This document shows positions 26,475 through 36,236 of a stretch of 64,000 nucleotides of DNA, piece by piece. The notes beneath the pieces were generated by a model. It worked only from the letters and a program-made list of their open reading frames with translations, made no database searches and was not told where the DNA came from. Numbering within the stretch: position 1 is the first letter of the stretch; each line of letters begins with the position of its first letter. Where the stretch lies: positions 9,725-73,724 of the forward strand of contig MEZH01000007.1 in NCBI GenBank assembly GCA_001775995.1. The letters are read 5' to 3'. The position numbers and the translations under genes were made by a program. This DNA is from Candidatus Bathyarchaeota archaeon RBG_16_48_13 (GTDB lineage: Archaea; Thermoproteota; Bathyarchaeia; RBG-16-48-13).

Positions 26475-28463
26475 TTGAAAGAGGTCATGACAAGCTTTGA
26501 TATTGCGGCCATAGCCGCCGAACTGAGGGAGAGTATTCTCGGAGCCAGTATTAATAACCTTTACCAACTGACTCCAAAGACCATCTTATTAAGACTCCAT
26601 CGCCCCGACCTCAAGCTCATCTTGGAGCTGGGACGGAGGATTAACATCACCAAATACGAGGTTGAGATACCTGAGCGGCCCTCAAACTTCACCATGGTCC
26701 TTAGAAAACACCTGCGTGACGGCCACATATCTAAAATAGAACAGACTGAGTTCGATCGAGTCGTTGAAATTGCAGTTCGGACAGCCGAAGGAGAACGCAC
26801 GGTCGTTGTGGAGCTCTTCAGCAAGGGCAACCTCATATTGACCGGACCTGACGGCAGAATACTCTTTGCCTCTACATACAAGAAGATGCGAGACAGGAAT
26901 ATCCTAGCAGGGGAGCAATTTCACCCAGCTCCCGCGACGGGCATCAACTTTCTCAAAGCCCAAGGAGACTACCTGGTAGACCTCAGAAAATTTGGTTCTT
27001 TGGAGCTCGTCAAAGGCTTGGCTAAGTTGCTCGGCTTGGGAGGATTGTATTCGGAGGAGGCCCTTGTCAGAGCGGGGATTGACAAAATGACTCCTTGCGC
27101 CTCACTCTCCGAAGAGAGCGCTTCAAGGATTCTTGAAGCATTAGAGAGCCTTAAGGCCCAGCTGAAGAACATCGCGCCGGTCATAGTTGTCGAAAGCGAT
27201 GACCGCATGATTGACGTCCTCCCCTTCCCGCTGAAGTCGTACAAAGACAAGAGAACGACGAGATTTGAGACATTCAATGATGCAGCGGACGAATACTTCA
27301 CCAAGCTGTCCTTTGAAGAAACAGCTGAAAAGGGCGCGGGAGACGCTCAGACGCTCATTGCGGAACAGGAGAGAATCAAGGAACAACAGACGAAACAAGT
27401 AGAAGAGATCAAGAGAGACGTGGTTGAAAACCAAGAGACAGGAAACGCGATATTCGGTCATCTAATCGAGATCGAGGACCTTCTGAGCCGCTTAAGAGAC
27501 CAGAGACGTTCAGGGATAGAGTGGGAGGAGATAATAGAAGGGATTAAGAGGGATAAGGAGGAAGGCAAACTTCCTGCGTCCTACTTCCTAAGCATAACTC
27601 CTGAGGAGAGCCTAGTCACATTAGCATTAGAGGGTCGTGAGTTGGCGCTTGACTTCACTCGGACCGCTTCGGAAAACGCCGCCACCTACTACGAAAAAGG
27701 GAAGAAAGCAAAGTCCAAAATTGAAGGCCTCAGAAAGGCCATGGAGGAGACAGAGAAGAAGATGAGGGAGCGCCAACTCCAGAAGAGAGCTGCGGTTGAG
27801 GAGTCTCAAAGAGCAGTCAGGGAGAGGGAGAAGGCGTGGTACGAGAAGTTCCACTGGTTCCGCTCCTCCGAAGGTTTCCTCGTCGTGGCCGGAAAAGATG
27901 CGACCAGCAACGAAGTCCTCTTCAAGAAGTACATGGAGCAAGCGGACATCGTGCTTCACACGGAACTCCCGGGCGCTCCACTCACCGTAATCAAGACTGA
28001 AGGAAAAGAAGTCGACGTGGAGACTATCAAGCAGGCAGCCGAATTCTCGGTTTCATACAGTCGAGCTTGGCGAGAGAAGCTCACTGAAGCAGATATCTAC
28101 TGGGTAAAACCAGAACAGGTGAGCAAAACGCCGCCCTCAGGAGAGTATATCACGAAAGGGAAGTTTGTGATGCGCGGTGACAGAAATTATCTCCACCATA
28201 CCCGTCTCGGAATAGCGATAGGCATCAAAGAGCTGGAGGGGGAGACCGAAATCTTGAGCGGCCCGATCGAAGCGGTGAAGAAAGAAACCAAACTTTTCGT
28301 GGAAATAGTTCCGGGGGACAGGAAGAGCAAGGAACTGGCACACAAGATCAGGGGGTTTTTGGCGCATAGGGCCCCGGAGAATCTGAGAGCTGAGATATTG
28401 AGGCATAAAGAAGAGGAATTCCAGAGGTACATCCCCGGAGGCACTGGCGAGATCTCGAAATGA
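26475..28463 (+). CDS. rqc2: Ribosome quality control factor Rqc2/NEMF (NFACT family)
   Basis: MTSFDI, FTMVLRKHL, FDRVV, ELFSKGNLIL, coiled coil, WYEKFHWF.SSEGFLVVAGKDA, KTPPSGEY. Confidence 0.93.
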   Translation: MKEVMTSFDIAAIAAELRESILGASINNLYQLTPKTILLRLHRPDLKLILELGRRINITKYEVEIPERPSNFTMVLRKHLRDGHISKIEQTEFDRVVEIAVRTAEGERTVVVELFSKGNLILTGPDGRILFASTYKKMRDRNILAGEQFHPAPATGINFLKAQGDYLVDLRKFGSLELVKGLAKLLGLGGLYSEEALVRAGIDKMTPCASLSEESASRILEALESLKAQLKNIAPVIVVESDDRMIDVLPFPLKSYKDKRTTRFETFNDAADEYFTKLSFEETAEKGAGDAQTLIAEQERIKEQQTKQVEEIKRDVVENQETGNAIFGHLIEIEDLLSRLRDQRRSGIEWEEIIEGIKRDKEEGKLPASYFLSITPEESLVTLALEGRELALDFTRTASENAATYYEKGKKAKSKIEGLRKAMEETEKKMRERQLQKRAAVEESQRAVREREKAWYEKFHWFRSSEGFLVVAGKDATSNEVLFKKYMEQADIVLHTELPGAPLTVIKTEGKEVDVETIKQAAEFSVSYSRAWREKLTEADIYWVKPEQVSKTPPSGEYITKGKFVMRGDRNYLHHTRLGIAIGIKELEGETEILSGPIEAVKKETKLFVEIVPGDRKSKELAHKIRGFLAHRAPENLRAEILRHKEEEFQRYIPGGTGEISK

Positions 28464-28575
28464 GTCCAGTCAGGCCACGCGAAAAATGAGAACCTGAAAC
28501 ACCGCGGCTCTTAGACCAAAGGTTAATATGACCTTTGTCGAAATGTCCTACTCAGATCGAAAAGGCGAAGCGCTT

Positions 28576-29175
28576 ATGGGGATCGAAGAGATAGGCGGCA
28601 ATGTTCTAGTGCGCGATATCATGACCAGCCCTGTGATCACCGCTAAGAAGGGCGATTCAATAGAGAAGATAGCGAAAATCATGGAAGAGGATGACATAGG
28701 CAGCGTCATCGTGGTTGACGACAAAGAGAACCCGCTTGGCATAGTGACCGAGCGAGACATTGTTAAGAGGGTGGTCTCGAAGAACATCCTCCCAAGCAAG
28801 TTCAAGGTTGAAGACGCCATGAGCGCTCCATTGGTGACGATCAGCGCCGAGGCAAGCGTCAGCGAGGCTGCCCGCATCATGAGCAGATTGAAGATTCGGA
28901 GACTCGGCGTCTTCTATAAGGGTCGTCTTGAAGGTGTGGTCTCCAGCAAGAACATAGTCGCCGTCACCCCGGAGCTGATGGATATCCTGACCGAGAAAGC
29001 CAGAATAACCAGACCGAACCAAAACTCGGGGAACAAGGTTCACGGGGAATCTCTTCTAGGATACTGCGACGAATGCGGTCACTGGTCAACTTTCCTGAAA
29101 GTGGTTGATGGAAAAAACCTCTGCGAGGACTGCCGCGCCGAGGAAGAGGACGAGGAGGAAGAAGAAAGCACTTAA
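28576..29175 (+). CDS. CBS-pair protein with C-terminal Zn ribbon and acidic tail
   Basis: VRDIMT...GIVTERDIV; CDECG...LCEDC; EEEDEEEEE. Confidence 0.9.
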   Translation: MGIEEIGGNVLVRDIMTSPVITAKKGDSIEKIAKIMEEDDIGSVIVVDDKENPLGIVTERDIVKRVVSKNILPSKFKVEDAMSAPLVTISAEASVSEAARIMSRLKIRRLGVFYKGRLEGVVSSKNIVAVTPELMDILTEKARITRPNQNSGNKVHGESLLGYCDECGHWSTFLKVVDGKNLCEDCRAEEEDEEEEEST

Positions 29176-29237
29176 TCGTAGTCCTGCTCAAACGCTATTT
29201 ATCATGGTATCTATAATATTCTGCAGAGGTTGGCATC

Positions 29238-30575
29238 GTGCTAGCTGACCTAAGAATTGTCGAAGCTAAACTCTTTACCGCCTCAGGTTTACAGGAAGGC
29301 GGCGTCGCCGTAGATGAGGGCAAGATCGTAAGGGTCGCAAGAGAACCGAATCTGCCGAAAGCCGACCGAACATTGAACCTGTCAGGCAAGATCCTTCTCC
29401 CAGGGTTAATAGACGCCCACGTGCACTTGAGAGATATGGAGCTCTCCTACAAGGAGGACTTCATCTCAGGGACAGCGGCCGCGGCCGCCGGCGGCTTCAC
29501 AACGGTTCTGGACATGCCCAACACGAAACCTCCCACCAACTCTTCTGAGAGGCTGAGGGAGAAAATAGAGGTGGCCAAGGGCAAAATCATGGTGAACGTT
29601 GGGTTCTACTCAAGTTTCCCCGAGGACCAAACGGACTATCCTAGTCTATCGAGTTCAGGTATGACCGCCTTCAAGATCAATCTCTACAAGCCCTCCTCCA
29701 AAATCGATGTGGACGACAGGAAGACTCTCCTAGAAGCGTTCAAAAACGTTGCCAAAGTTGACAGACCCGTCGCCGTCCATGCGGAAGACCGCAGGATGGT
29801 CGAGGAGCTCCAAGCTGGACTGCGGGCGGCCGGCAGGACTAGACCGCTGGATTTCTTATCAGCTCACCCGTCGGAGGCCGAAGAAAAATCGTTGGCAAAG
29901 GTCCTTGACATAGTTCAGTACGCTCTCTGTCGGACGCACTTCTGCCACGTGAGCTCCCACAAATGCATTGCGCCAATCAGAGAAGCGAAGAGATTTCTTG
30001 GGGTGACCTGCGAAACGACACCCCATCATCTACTGCTCACAAAGGACATGATCGTAAGGAAGGGGGGTCAAGCTATTATCGACCCCCCGTTGAGAACCGC
30101 TGAGGACAACTCCAGGTTGATGGACGCCTTCATAAAGGGTGAAGTTGACATCATTGGCAGCGATCACTCACCCCATTCATTAGAGGAGAAGGGTAGGGAG
30201 AATGTTTGGGATATCCCCCCGGGTTTTCCGGGACTGGAGACGACCCTTCCACTGCTGTTCACTAAAGTGAGCGATGGAACAATCCCACTGTATCGCCTGA
30301 TGGAGTCCCTGACCTCAAAGCCAGCTGAGATCTTTCACCTAAAGGGAAAAGGTGCTTTGATGGAGGGATACGACGCTGATTTGACCGCAGTGGACCTCAA
30401 GGAAAGGTTCATAGTAGATCCGTCAGAGTTCAGAACAAAGGCCAAGTATTCCCCATTTGAGGGGTGGAGGCTGATAGGTCGTCCATTCCTGACCGTAGTT
30501 GGCGGATCCGTGGTTTACGAAGACGGGGAGATCACAGCCAAACCCGGACAAGGGGCAATCGTGAAGGCACTTTGA
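29238..30575 (+). CDS. pyrC: Dihydroorotase
   Basis: DAHVHLR, DMPNTKP, VHAED, CHVS, ETTPHHL, SDHSPH, PGLET. Confidence 0.9.
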   Translation: MLADLRIVEAKLFTASGLQEGGVAVDEGKIVRVAREPNLPKADRTLNLSGKILLPGLIDAHVHLRDMELSYKEDFISGTAAAAAGGFTTVLDMPNTKPPTNSSERLREKIEVAKGKIMVNVGFYSSFPEDQTDYPSLSSSGMTAFKINLYKPSSKIDVDDRKTLLEAFKNVAKVDRPVAVHAEDRRMVEELQAGLRAAGRTRPLDFLSAHPSEAEEKSLAKVLDIVQYALCRTHFCHVSSHKCIAPIREAKRFLGVTCETTPHHLLLTKDMIVRKGGQAIIDPPLRTAEDNSRLMDAFIKGEVDIIGSDHSPHSLEEKGRENVWDIPPGFPGLETTLPLLFTKVSDGTIPLYRLMESLTSKPAEIFHLKGKGALMEGYDADLTAVDLKERFIVDPSEFRTKAKYSPFEGWRLIGRPFLTVVGGSVVYEDGEITAKPGQGAIVKAL

Positions 30576-30576
30576 C

Positions 30577-31080
30577 TTGAAATTCGTCGCCGACGGAATG
30601 CTGGGGAGGCTTGCCAGGTGGATGAGACTCCTCGGTGAGGACGTCCTCTATCTTAAGGATACTGAAGACGAGGAATTGATAGAGGCGGCTTTAGAGGAGA
30701 AAAGAGCTCTGCTGACCAGCGATGTGGCCCTCTACAGGAGAGCTAAGGCACAGAATGTCAATGCGTATGCAGTAGAGGGAAAGACCGAGTCGGATAGGTT
30801 GGCTGAGATCGCTAGGATTTTCAGAATCCCATTAGAGGCAGATCCAAACCGGTCAAGATGTGCGATATGCAATGGCTCGACAGTAGCAACACAAAAGAGG
30901 CGGATCGAGGGGAAGGTGCCTGGCAAAGTCTTTGCCAGGAACATGGACTTCTGGATGTGCAGCAGTTGCGGCAAGATCTATTGGAAGGGTGGCCACTGGC
31001 TCAACATAGACTTAGTCCTCCAAGACGTCAAGCGAATTCTGAAGGAGGACAAAGGAATTAAACGAGTTACGAGGAGTTGA
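30577..31080 (+). CDS. Mut7-C RNase domain protein (PIN plus Zn ribbon)
   Basis: FVADGMLGRLARWMRLLGED, LLTSD, RCAICNG, CSSCGKIYWKGGH. Confidence 0.93.
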   Translation: MKFVADGMLGRLARWMRLLGEDVLYLKDTEDEELIEAALEEKRALLTSDVALYRRAKAQNVNAYAVEGKTESDRLAEIARIFRIPLEADPNRSRCAICNGSTVATQKRRIEGKVPGKVFARNMDFWMCSSCGKIYWKGGHWLNIDLVLQDVKRILKEDKGIKRVTRS

Positions 31081-31096
31081 GGAAGGAAGGAGATGT

Positions 31097-31726
31097 ATGA
31101 CGTTCAGACTGAGCCTTGATAAGGGCTCATTTCTAGTGAGGCTCTCGCGCGAGGCCATAGGTCATTTCTTGGACACAAGTGAAAAAATCGAGCCGCCCAA
31201 GGAAACGCCAAAAGAACTCCGCGAGAAGTCCGGCGTCTTCGTGACGATTAATTCGATCCGTGGGGAGGCAAGGGAACTTCGGGGATGCATAGGTTACCCG
31301 TATCCAACCAGCCCGCTCGTGGAAGCGACAATCGATTCGGCCATCAACGCCGCGGTCGGCGACCCGAGGTTCCCGCCGCTAAACAAGAAAGAACTTGACT
31401 CAGTCGTCATCGAAGTCAGCGTATTGACCCCCCTTGAGCTAAATAAGGTAGGGGATCCGAGGGATCACATTTCCAAGATAACCATTGGAAAGGATGGACT
31501 CGTGGTTGAGAGAGGGTGGTGCAAGGGCCTTCTCTTGCCCCAGGTCCCGGTGGAAATGGATTGGGACAAGGAGGACTTTCTATCAAACTGCTGTTTGAAG
31601 GCGGGTCTATCCCCTGACTCCTGGCTGCTCGATGGGACGAAAGTGTACAGATTTCAGGCGATCATCTTCAAGGAGACATCTCCCAATGGAGAGGTCAGAC
31701 TCGTAGAATTGGGCGCAGGGAAATAG
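31097..31726 (+). CDS. AMMECR1 family protein
   Basis: GVFVT, LRGCIGYP, DPRFPP, GLLLPQV, CLKAG. Confidence 0.95.
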   Translation: MTFRLSLDKGSFLVRLSREAIGHFLDTSEKIEPPKETPKELREKSGVFVTINSIRGEARELRGCIGYPYPTSPLVEATIDSAINAAVGDPRFPPLNKKELDSVVIEVSVLTPLELNKVGDPRDHISKITIGKDGLVVERGWCKGLLLPQVPVEMDWDKEDFLSNCCLKAGLSPDSWLLDGTKVYRFQAIIFKETSPNGEVRLVELGAGK

Positions 31727-31762
31727 TGGATTATTGCAGGCTGAAGCATTCTTGGTGCGAAA

Positions 31763-32941
31763 ATGAGAGCATACATCGCTCCCAACGGCTTGGGCTTGGG
31801 CCATGTCAGTCGTTGCATACCATTCGCCGAAACCCTCAGAGATATGGGTGATGAAATCCTATTCTCCAGCTACAGTGACGGCCTCACGTATCTCCAGAAA
31901 ACAGCCTTCAATCATGTAGCCGCTCCTCCCATCGCTCACAGGGTCCAGAAGGACGGAACGGTTGACTTCAGACTGACCACGGCGAGGCCAGGCCCATTCG
32001 GGTCCGTCCTCATCACGCTTAATCAGCTAGGCTTCGAACTTAGAACGATGAGGGAGTTCAAGCCTGACGTCGTGGTGTCTGACTCGAGGGCGACGCCGAT
32101 CGTGGCCGCCAAGATGCTTGACGTCCCCAGAATAACAATATTAAACCAGTTTCAGGTCGTCATCCCCCGAAGACGGAGGTTTCTGAGGTTGGCTAAGCTG
32201 GCTGATGCCGGCGTTCTGACCATAGTGGGGAAGATCTGGTCTCTCTCAGACAAGATTCTGATCCCCGATTTCCCACCCCCATTCACCGTTTCTTGGAATC
32301 AGAAGATCCCTCCCGGGTACAGTAGCAAGATAAGGCTCATAGGTCCTATCCTGACAACCTATCCTAGCCAATTGCCCAGCAAGGAAGAACTGAGGAGAGA
32401 GCTAGGCTTCGACGATAGGCCGCTGATCTTCGCCCCCATCAGTGGTCCCATGTTGGAGAAGGCTTACTTTGAAGGTATCTTGCAGCAAGCTCTGAAAGAA
32501 TTCCCCCGTGACTATCAGATATTGATGACCTTGGGAAACCCGAAATTCAAGAAAAATGTCATCAAGAAAGGCGACTTCTCCGTGTACCACTGGGTGAAGA
32601 ACAGATTCGAGTTCCTTAAGGCCTGTGATCTGGTAATATGCAGGGGAGGCCATGGATCCATAACCCAGGCCATAGCCTATGGCAAGCCCATGATCATCGT
32701 TCCGACCCCCAATCACTCGGAACAAGCCGCAAACTCCAAGAGGGCAGAAGCGCTGGGCGTCGCAAAGATTGTAGACCAGAAGGAGTTGGATTCTTTGACC
32801 TTGTTGAAGGCCACCGAGGAGATACTAGGAAGAAGTCACTACAGGGATAGAACTTCCGTGATAACAGCCCAGTTAAAGGACTCGAACGCCGTGGCTGAAG
32901 TTGTGGAAGAGGCTCGACGAATTGGCAGGGCGAATCGTTAG
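31763..32941 (+). CDS. GT-B glycosyltransferase (GT28 / MJ1255-like)
   Basis: NGLGLGHVSR, DVVVSD, CRGGHGSITQA, HSEQAANS. Confidence 0.88.
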   Translation: MRAYIAPNGLGLGHVSRCIPFAETLRDMGDEILFSSYSDGLTYLQKTAFNHVAAPPIAHRVQKDGTVDFRLTTARPGPFGSVLITLNQLGFELRTMREFKPDVVVSDSRATPIVAAKMLDVPRITILNQFQVVIPRRRRFLRLAKLADAGVLTIVGKIWSLSDKILIPDFPPPFTVSWNQKIPPGYSSKIRLIGPILTTYPSQLPSKEELRRELGFDDRPLIFAPISGPMLEKAYFEGILQQALKEFPRDYQILMTLGNPKFKKNVIKKGDFSVYHWVKNRFEFLKACDLVICRGGHGSITQAIAYGKPMIIVPTPNHSEQAANSKRAEALGVAKIVDQKELDSLTLLKATEEILGRSHYRDRTSVITAQLKDSNAVAEVVEEARRIGRANR

Positions 32942-34095
32942 GTCAGCGTTTTTCGCTCGAGTTTCCTCGTGGCTTCCTCGATAACCGAATCCAGCCTAAG
33001 TTTCCTCTCCAGCCGTTTGATCATCTCCTCTTCGAGTAGAGCAGATGGATCCCAGGACTTCTCAGTAGGGACCTTGACCGGAGGCTCGTATCCCTCGATC
33101 TTCTTTGTCAACTCTCTGAGATCCTCTTGCCCGAGGCTTGTCAGCGGCCTGTAGACGGGGAGAGACGACGCCTGATCGATGAGTCTGAGATTTCTGAGCG
33201 TGAAGAACTCTGAGTAGTCGAACATCTCGCCACTGATCAGCCCTTCTGCGTGTTCCTTCTCCGCTATCATGGATGAGATCTTTGTCATCGTCCGCTTCTT
33301 CAGTATGTACGCGATCTCCTCGCCGTGCTTCGCAGAGATTTCTTCATATGGATAGGCCAGCGTGATGGAATAATAGGGAAAGAGTTTCAACGGAACGTAT
33401 TCTCTGAGCAAGGAAATCGCCTGGACGGCCTCACCCTCATCCTCTCTCTTGGGAGGCAAGCTGAAGGATACCGGAAGAACCATGGCGCCCCTCTTCATCA
33501 TCATCCATGAAGCAGCGAGGCTTAGAGATCGTCCTGAGATCATCCCAATCGCCCGCCCCTGGAAGCCAATCGGGAGACCACCGGGCCCGTACATGACCGT
33601 GCTGTAAACGTATGCCCATTCTTCCCTAGCTTCAACGTGTATGACAGTATCAGGCTCAGTCAGGTTCACCCTCACTCCTCTTCCTGCGAGCCGGTTGAGA
33701 ATTGCGGCGCCTCCGCTGAACTCCAGGTCCTTGCTGACGTATGGAAGATCACCCGACCTTTTTGCCTCCACGGCGAAGGTTTCGTTGTCGTTTATTACAT
33801 GCGAAGAGTATTCGGCCATTTTCTTTATGACCATAGCGAAATCGGATGGCGTCTTGACAGCGGGCATAGACGAGAAGACACCGAACACTTTCGTTGCCTC
33901 AGTCGCGGCTTTCTCCATATCTGTGCCCTCAACAACTATTCTGCCCCTCTTGCGGATGATCTTGTGATCAGATATTCCCGACCGTATGAGTCTGAAGCGA
34001 AGGTTATGGGCTAGCTTCTTTTCCAGCATCCTCCTCACGGGCTCGCTCTTTAGAGCGATCTCAGACGATGATATTAGAACGGAGTCGTAATCCAT
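32938..34095 (-). CDS. ThiI-like THUMP-domain protein with a degenerate catalytic domain
   Basis: EIALKSEPVR, THUMP (FAVEAKR...VNLTEPD), GPGGLPIG, WMMMKRG, VYRPL; the PP-loop SGGIDS reads SGRSLS; no Cys in the protein. Confidence 0.85.
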   Translation of the reverse strand: MDYDSVLISSSEIALKSEPVRRMLEKKLAHNLRFRLIRSGISDHKIIRKRGRIVVEGTDMEKAATEATKVFGVFSSMPAVKTPSDFAMVIKKMAEYSSHVINDNETFAVEAKRSGDLPYVSKDLEFSGGAAILNRLAGRGVRVNLTEPDTVIHVEAREEWAYVYSTVMYGPGGLPIGFQGRAIGMISGRSLSLAASWMMMKRGAMVLPVSFSLPPKREDEGEAVQAISLLREYVPLKLFPYYSITLAYPYEEISAKHGEEIAYILKKRTMTKISSMIAEKEHAEGLISGEMFDYSEFFTLRNLRLIDQASSLPVYRPLTSLGQEDLRELTKKIEGYEPPVKVPTEKSWDPSALLEEEMIKRLERKLRLDSVIEEATRKLERKTLT

Positions 34096-34254
34096 GACGG
34101 ACCCACCATTGGTTGAACCCGTGTTAAAGTATTGAGGCCCTAGCTAAAAAGGCAAACTGAGCCAGTCGAGAAAAAGGGATACGGTCGTCATCTCAACCGA
34201 AAACCATGTTTCAGTTGAAGCAAGTTTACGCGCAGAGAGAGGAAGGGAACAAAG

Positions 34255-34818
34255 CTAGGTCGCTCTAGGCCCCAAAAACGGCTTTGTCGCAACGCGTAGG
34301 ATCATGCCAATTATCACGAGCACCCCGAGCGCTATGATCGCCACCGGGATCAGAGTAGTCCCTTGAATATGCCCACGATAGAATTCCGACAGAAGGTATG
34401 ACAGTGTTAGCCAGAAGACGCCGGTCATTATGTCTCCCACCGCCTTACGTGGGAAGTGCATGAGCGCGAGTCGCAGCCCTCCGATGACGATGCCCCAAAT
34501 TCCGATCGCATCAAGGAAGAACATTATCGGTTGTCCCAAAGTATATGGAGGCATCACAGGCCTTCCATAGGTCCCGAAACTGCTAAGATAGTCTATGACG
34601 ATGTTGAAGAGGTTAGGATATACAAGCCATGTCAGGGCTAGTATTATGAGGACCCCACCAGCTGATATAGCACCCAATATATCAAATTCGCTTCTCGTTG
34701 GAGGCCGTACATAAGACACAACGGTCGGCTGAACGGTTGCCTGCGTGGGTTTACCACACTTTGGACAGACGAGCGCCCCTTCGGGGAGCTCCGCGCCACA
34801 TCTTGTACAGAAGGCCAT
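34255..34818 (-). CDS. Zinc-ribbon membrane protein
   Basis: FCTRCGAELPEGALVCPKCG followed by about four hydrophobic segments. Confidence 0.85.
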   Translation of the reverse strand: MAFCTRCGAELPEGALVCPKCGKPTQATVQPTVVSYVRPPTRSEFDILGAISAGGVLIILALTWLVYPNLFNIVIDYLSSFGTYGRPVMPPYTLGQPIMFFLDAIGIWGIVIGGLRLALMHFPRKAVGDIMTGVFWLTLSYLLSEFYRGHIQGTTLIPVAIIALGVLVIIGMILRVATKPFLGPRAT

Positions 34819-34982
34819 TTCTCAACACCTCGAGTTAATTGAAGCGTATACGAATAACGCTCTAACATTATCCAATTGGCTTATTAAAATTGTTTGTCAG
34901 ACTCAATTAAGGAAATCGTTGCTAGATCTCATCTAAACCGATCTTCGCCCTAACGCACCCGTCTTTTTGGATCAAGGATTAT

Positions 34983-35975
34983 TCAGCGAAAGGCTGGTAG
35001 CACATGCTCGCCAGCCAGTCTGAGTGTCTCTTCAGGCTTGTCGGCGGGCTTCGAGGGGATGTCGCACAGAAGGGTGGTTACGCCAGCTCCGGCGTAGGCC
35101 ATTATGGTCCTTATGCAGTCCTCTGGTGTCCCTGCTACTGCGAATTTCTCTACGAAGTCTTCTGGAACCGCAGCTGAGGCTCGTATGTGGTCTTCGGGCG
35201 ACTTCATGACCATGGGTTCGATATCTTTTCTACTTAGGCCGATCGCTTCGAGTTCTCGATCTGTTATCGAGATAAGATAAAAGGGCAGGAGCCTTTTCAC
35301 CCTGAGCTTGGCCTCTTTTCGATCTTCTGAGACGGCGAACAGTTTCATGTTTGCTATCTCGAACCCCGAAGGGTCTCTTCGCGCCGATTTGAAGCCTATC
35401 TGGAGTCTCCTGTTGACATAGTTCATGTATTCGAGGGTGGCGTTGTCCAATAAGACGCCGTCAGCAGTCTGGGCGGCCATCTTGAGCATCATGGGCCTTC
35501 TGCATCCCAGATAGATTGGGAAGACGCCCTTAGGATCGAAGCCTATCCTAAGTTTCTTGAGGGCAGCGGTTTCCCCAACGAAGTTCACCTCTCTTCCGCC
35601 CAACAATGCTTTCATGAGCTTGATAGCTTCTCTGCAGGTCTGAACCGGCTTTACCCAGTCATATCCGTAGACTCGTAACGCCTCGAGGCTGCCCGCCCCA
35701 AGTGCGAATAGTACTCGACCCTTGGAAAACTCGTTGACAGTGGCTAGGGCCAGGGCCGTCTTGGCTGGGTGGCGAAGATAGGGGTTGGTGCAACCCAAGC
35801 CGATCTTAATTTTTTTGGTGGATCTGGCCATGGTGATCATGGCCGGGATGAAGTCTCTCTGCTCCGCCCTTTCGGCAGACCAAATAGAATCGAATCCGCA
35901 TTTTTCTATCATCTTGGCGAGTTTTGCGGTCCTCTTCAAGTCTATGTCAGGAGTTATTGTCACTCCAAATTTCAT
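34983..35975 (-). CDS. LLM-class (Mer-like) oxidoreductase
   Basis: GFDSIWSAE, TNPYLRHPA, LGAG, PIYLG, ADGVLL, FAVAGTPEDC. Confidence 0.88.
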   Translation of the reverse strand: MKFGVTITPDIDLKRTAKLAKMIEKCGFDSIWSAERAEQRDFIPAMITMARSTKKIKIGLGCTNPYLRHPAKTALALATVNEFSKGRVLFALGAGSLEALRVYGYDWVKPVQTCREAIKLMKALLGGREVNFVGETAALKKLRIGFDPKGVFPIYLGCRRPMMLKMAAQTADGVLLDNATLEYMNYVNRRLQIGFKSARRDPSGFEIANMKLFAVSEDRKEAKLRVKRLLPFYLISITDRELEAIGLSRKDIEPMVMKSPEDHIRASAAVPEDFVEKFAVAGTPEDCIRTIMAYAGAGVTTLLCDIPSKPADKPEETLRLAGEHVLPAFR

Positions 35976-36073
35976 GGTTGACTCCCTTCGTCACCGAGGT
36001 TCTTCAGGTGTCAGGGCATTTCAGATTATTAAGCTTGCATGGAATAGTTGTTCGGATCTGTCGATCATCAAGA

Positions 36074-36116
36074 TTTATTTACACGATAAATGCAGATATA
36101 CTACGTGGTCAGGTGA
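36074..36116 (+). promoter_or_regulatory. TATA-like box (TTTATTTA, 36074-36081) and GGTGA RBS (36112-36116) of the Lys-rich peptide gene
   Basis: Spacing fits an ATG at 36123. Confidence 0.45.
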
Positions 36117-36122
36117 CCAAAA

Positions 36123-36236
36123 ATGGGAGAAGCTGAAAAGAAAAAGAAATATTATTACTACAAGGATAAGGAGAAAAAGGCTAAGGAAGTAACAAAGAAA
36201 AAACCAGCAAAAAAGAAGCCATCTAAGAAGAAGTAG
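36123..36236 (+). CDS. Lys-rich basic microprotein, 37 aa
   Basis: MGEAEKKKKYYYYKDKEKKAKEVTKKKPAKKKPSKKK (18 of 37 residues Lys); GGTGA 6 nt upstream; stop overlaps the convergent primase-like gene. Confidence 0.65.
   Translation: MGEAEKKKKYYYYKDKEKKAKEVTKKKPAKKKPSKKK

Noticed and set aside
1-28463. cdc48, pth2 and rqc2 as a ribosome-quality-control cluster
   Set aside because: They are spread over 28 kb among unrelated genes; proximity is probably incidental.
31763-32941. MurG / peptidoglycan synthesis
   Set aside because: GT28-like fold only; no other mur genes, and this family is common in archaea.
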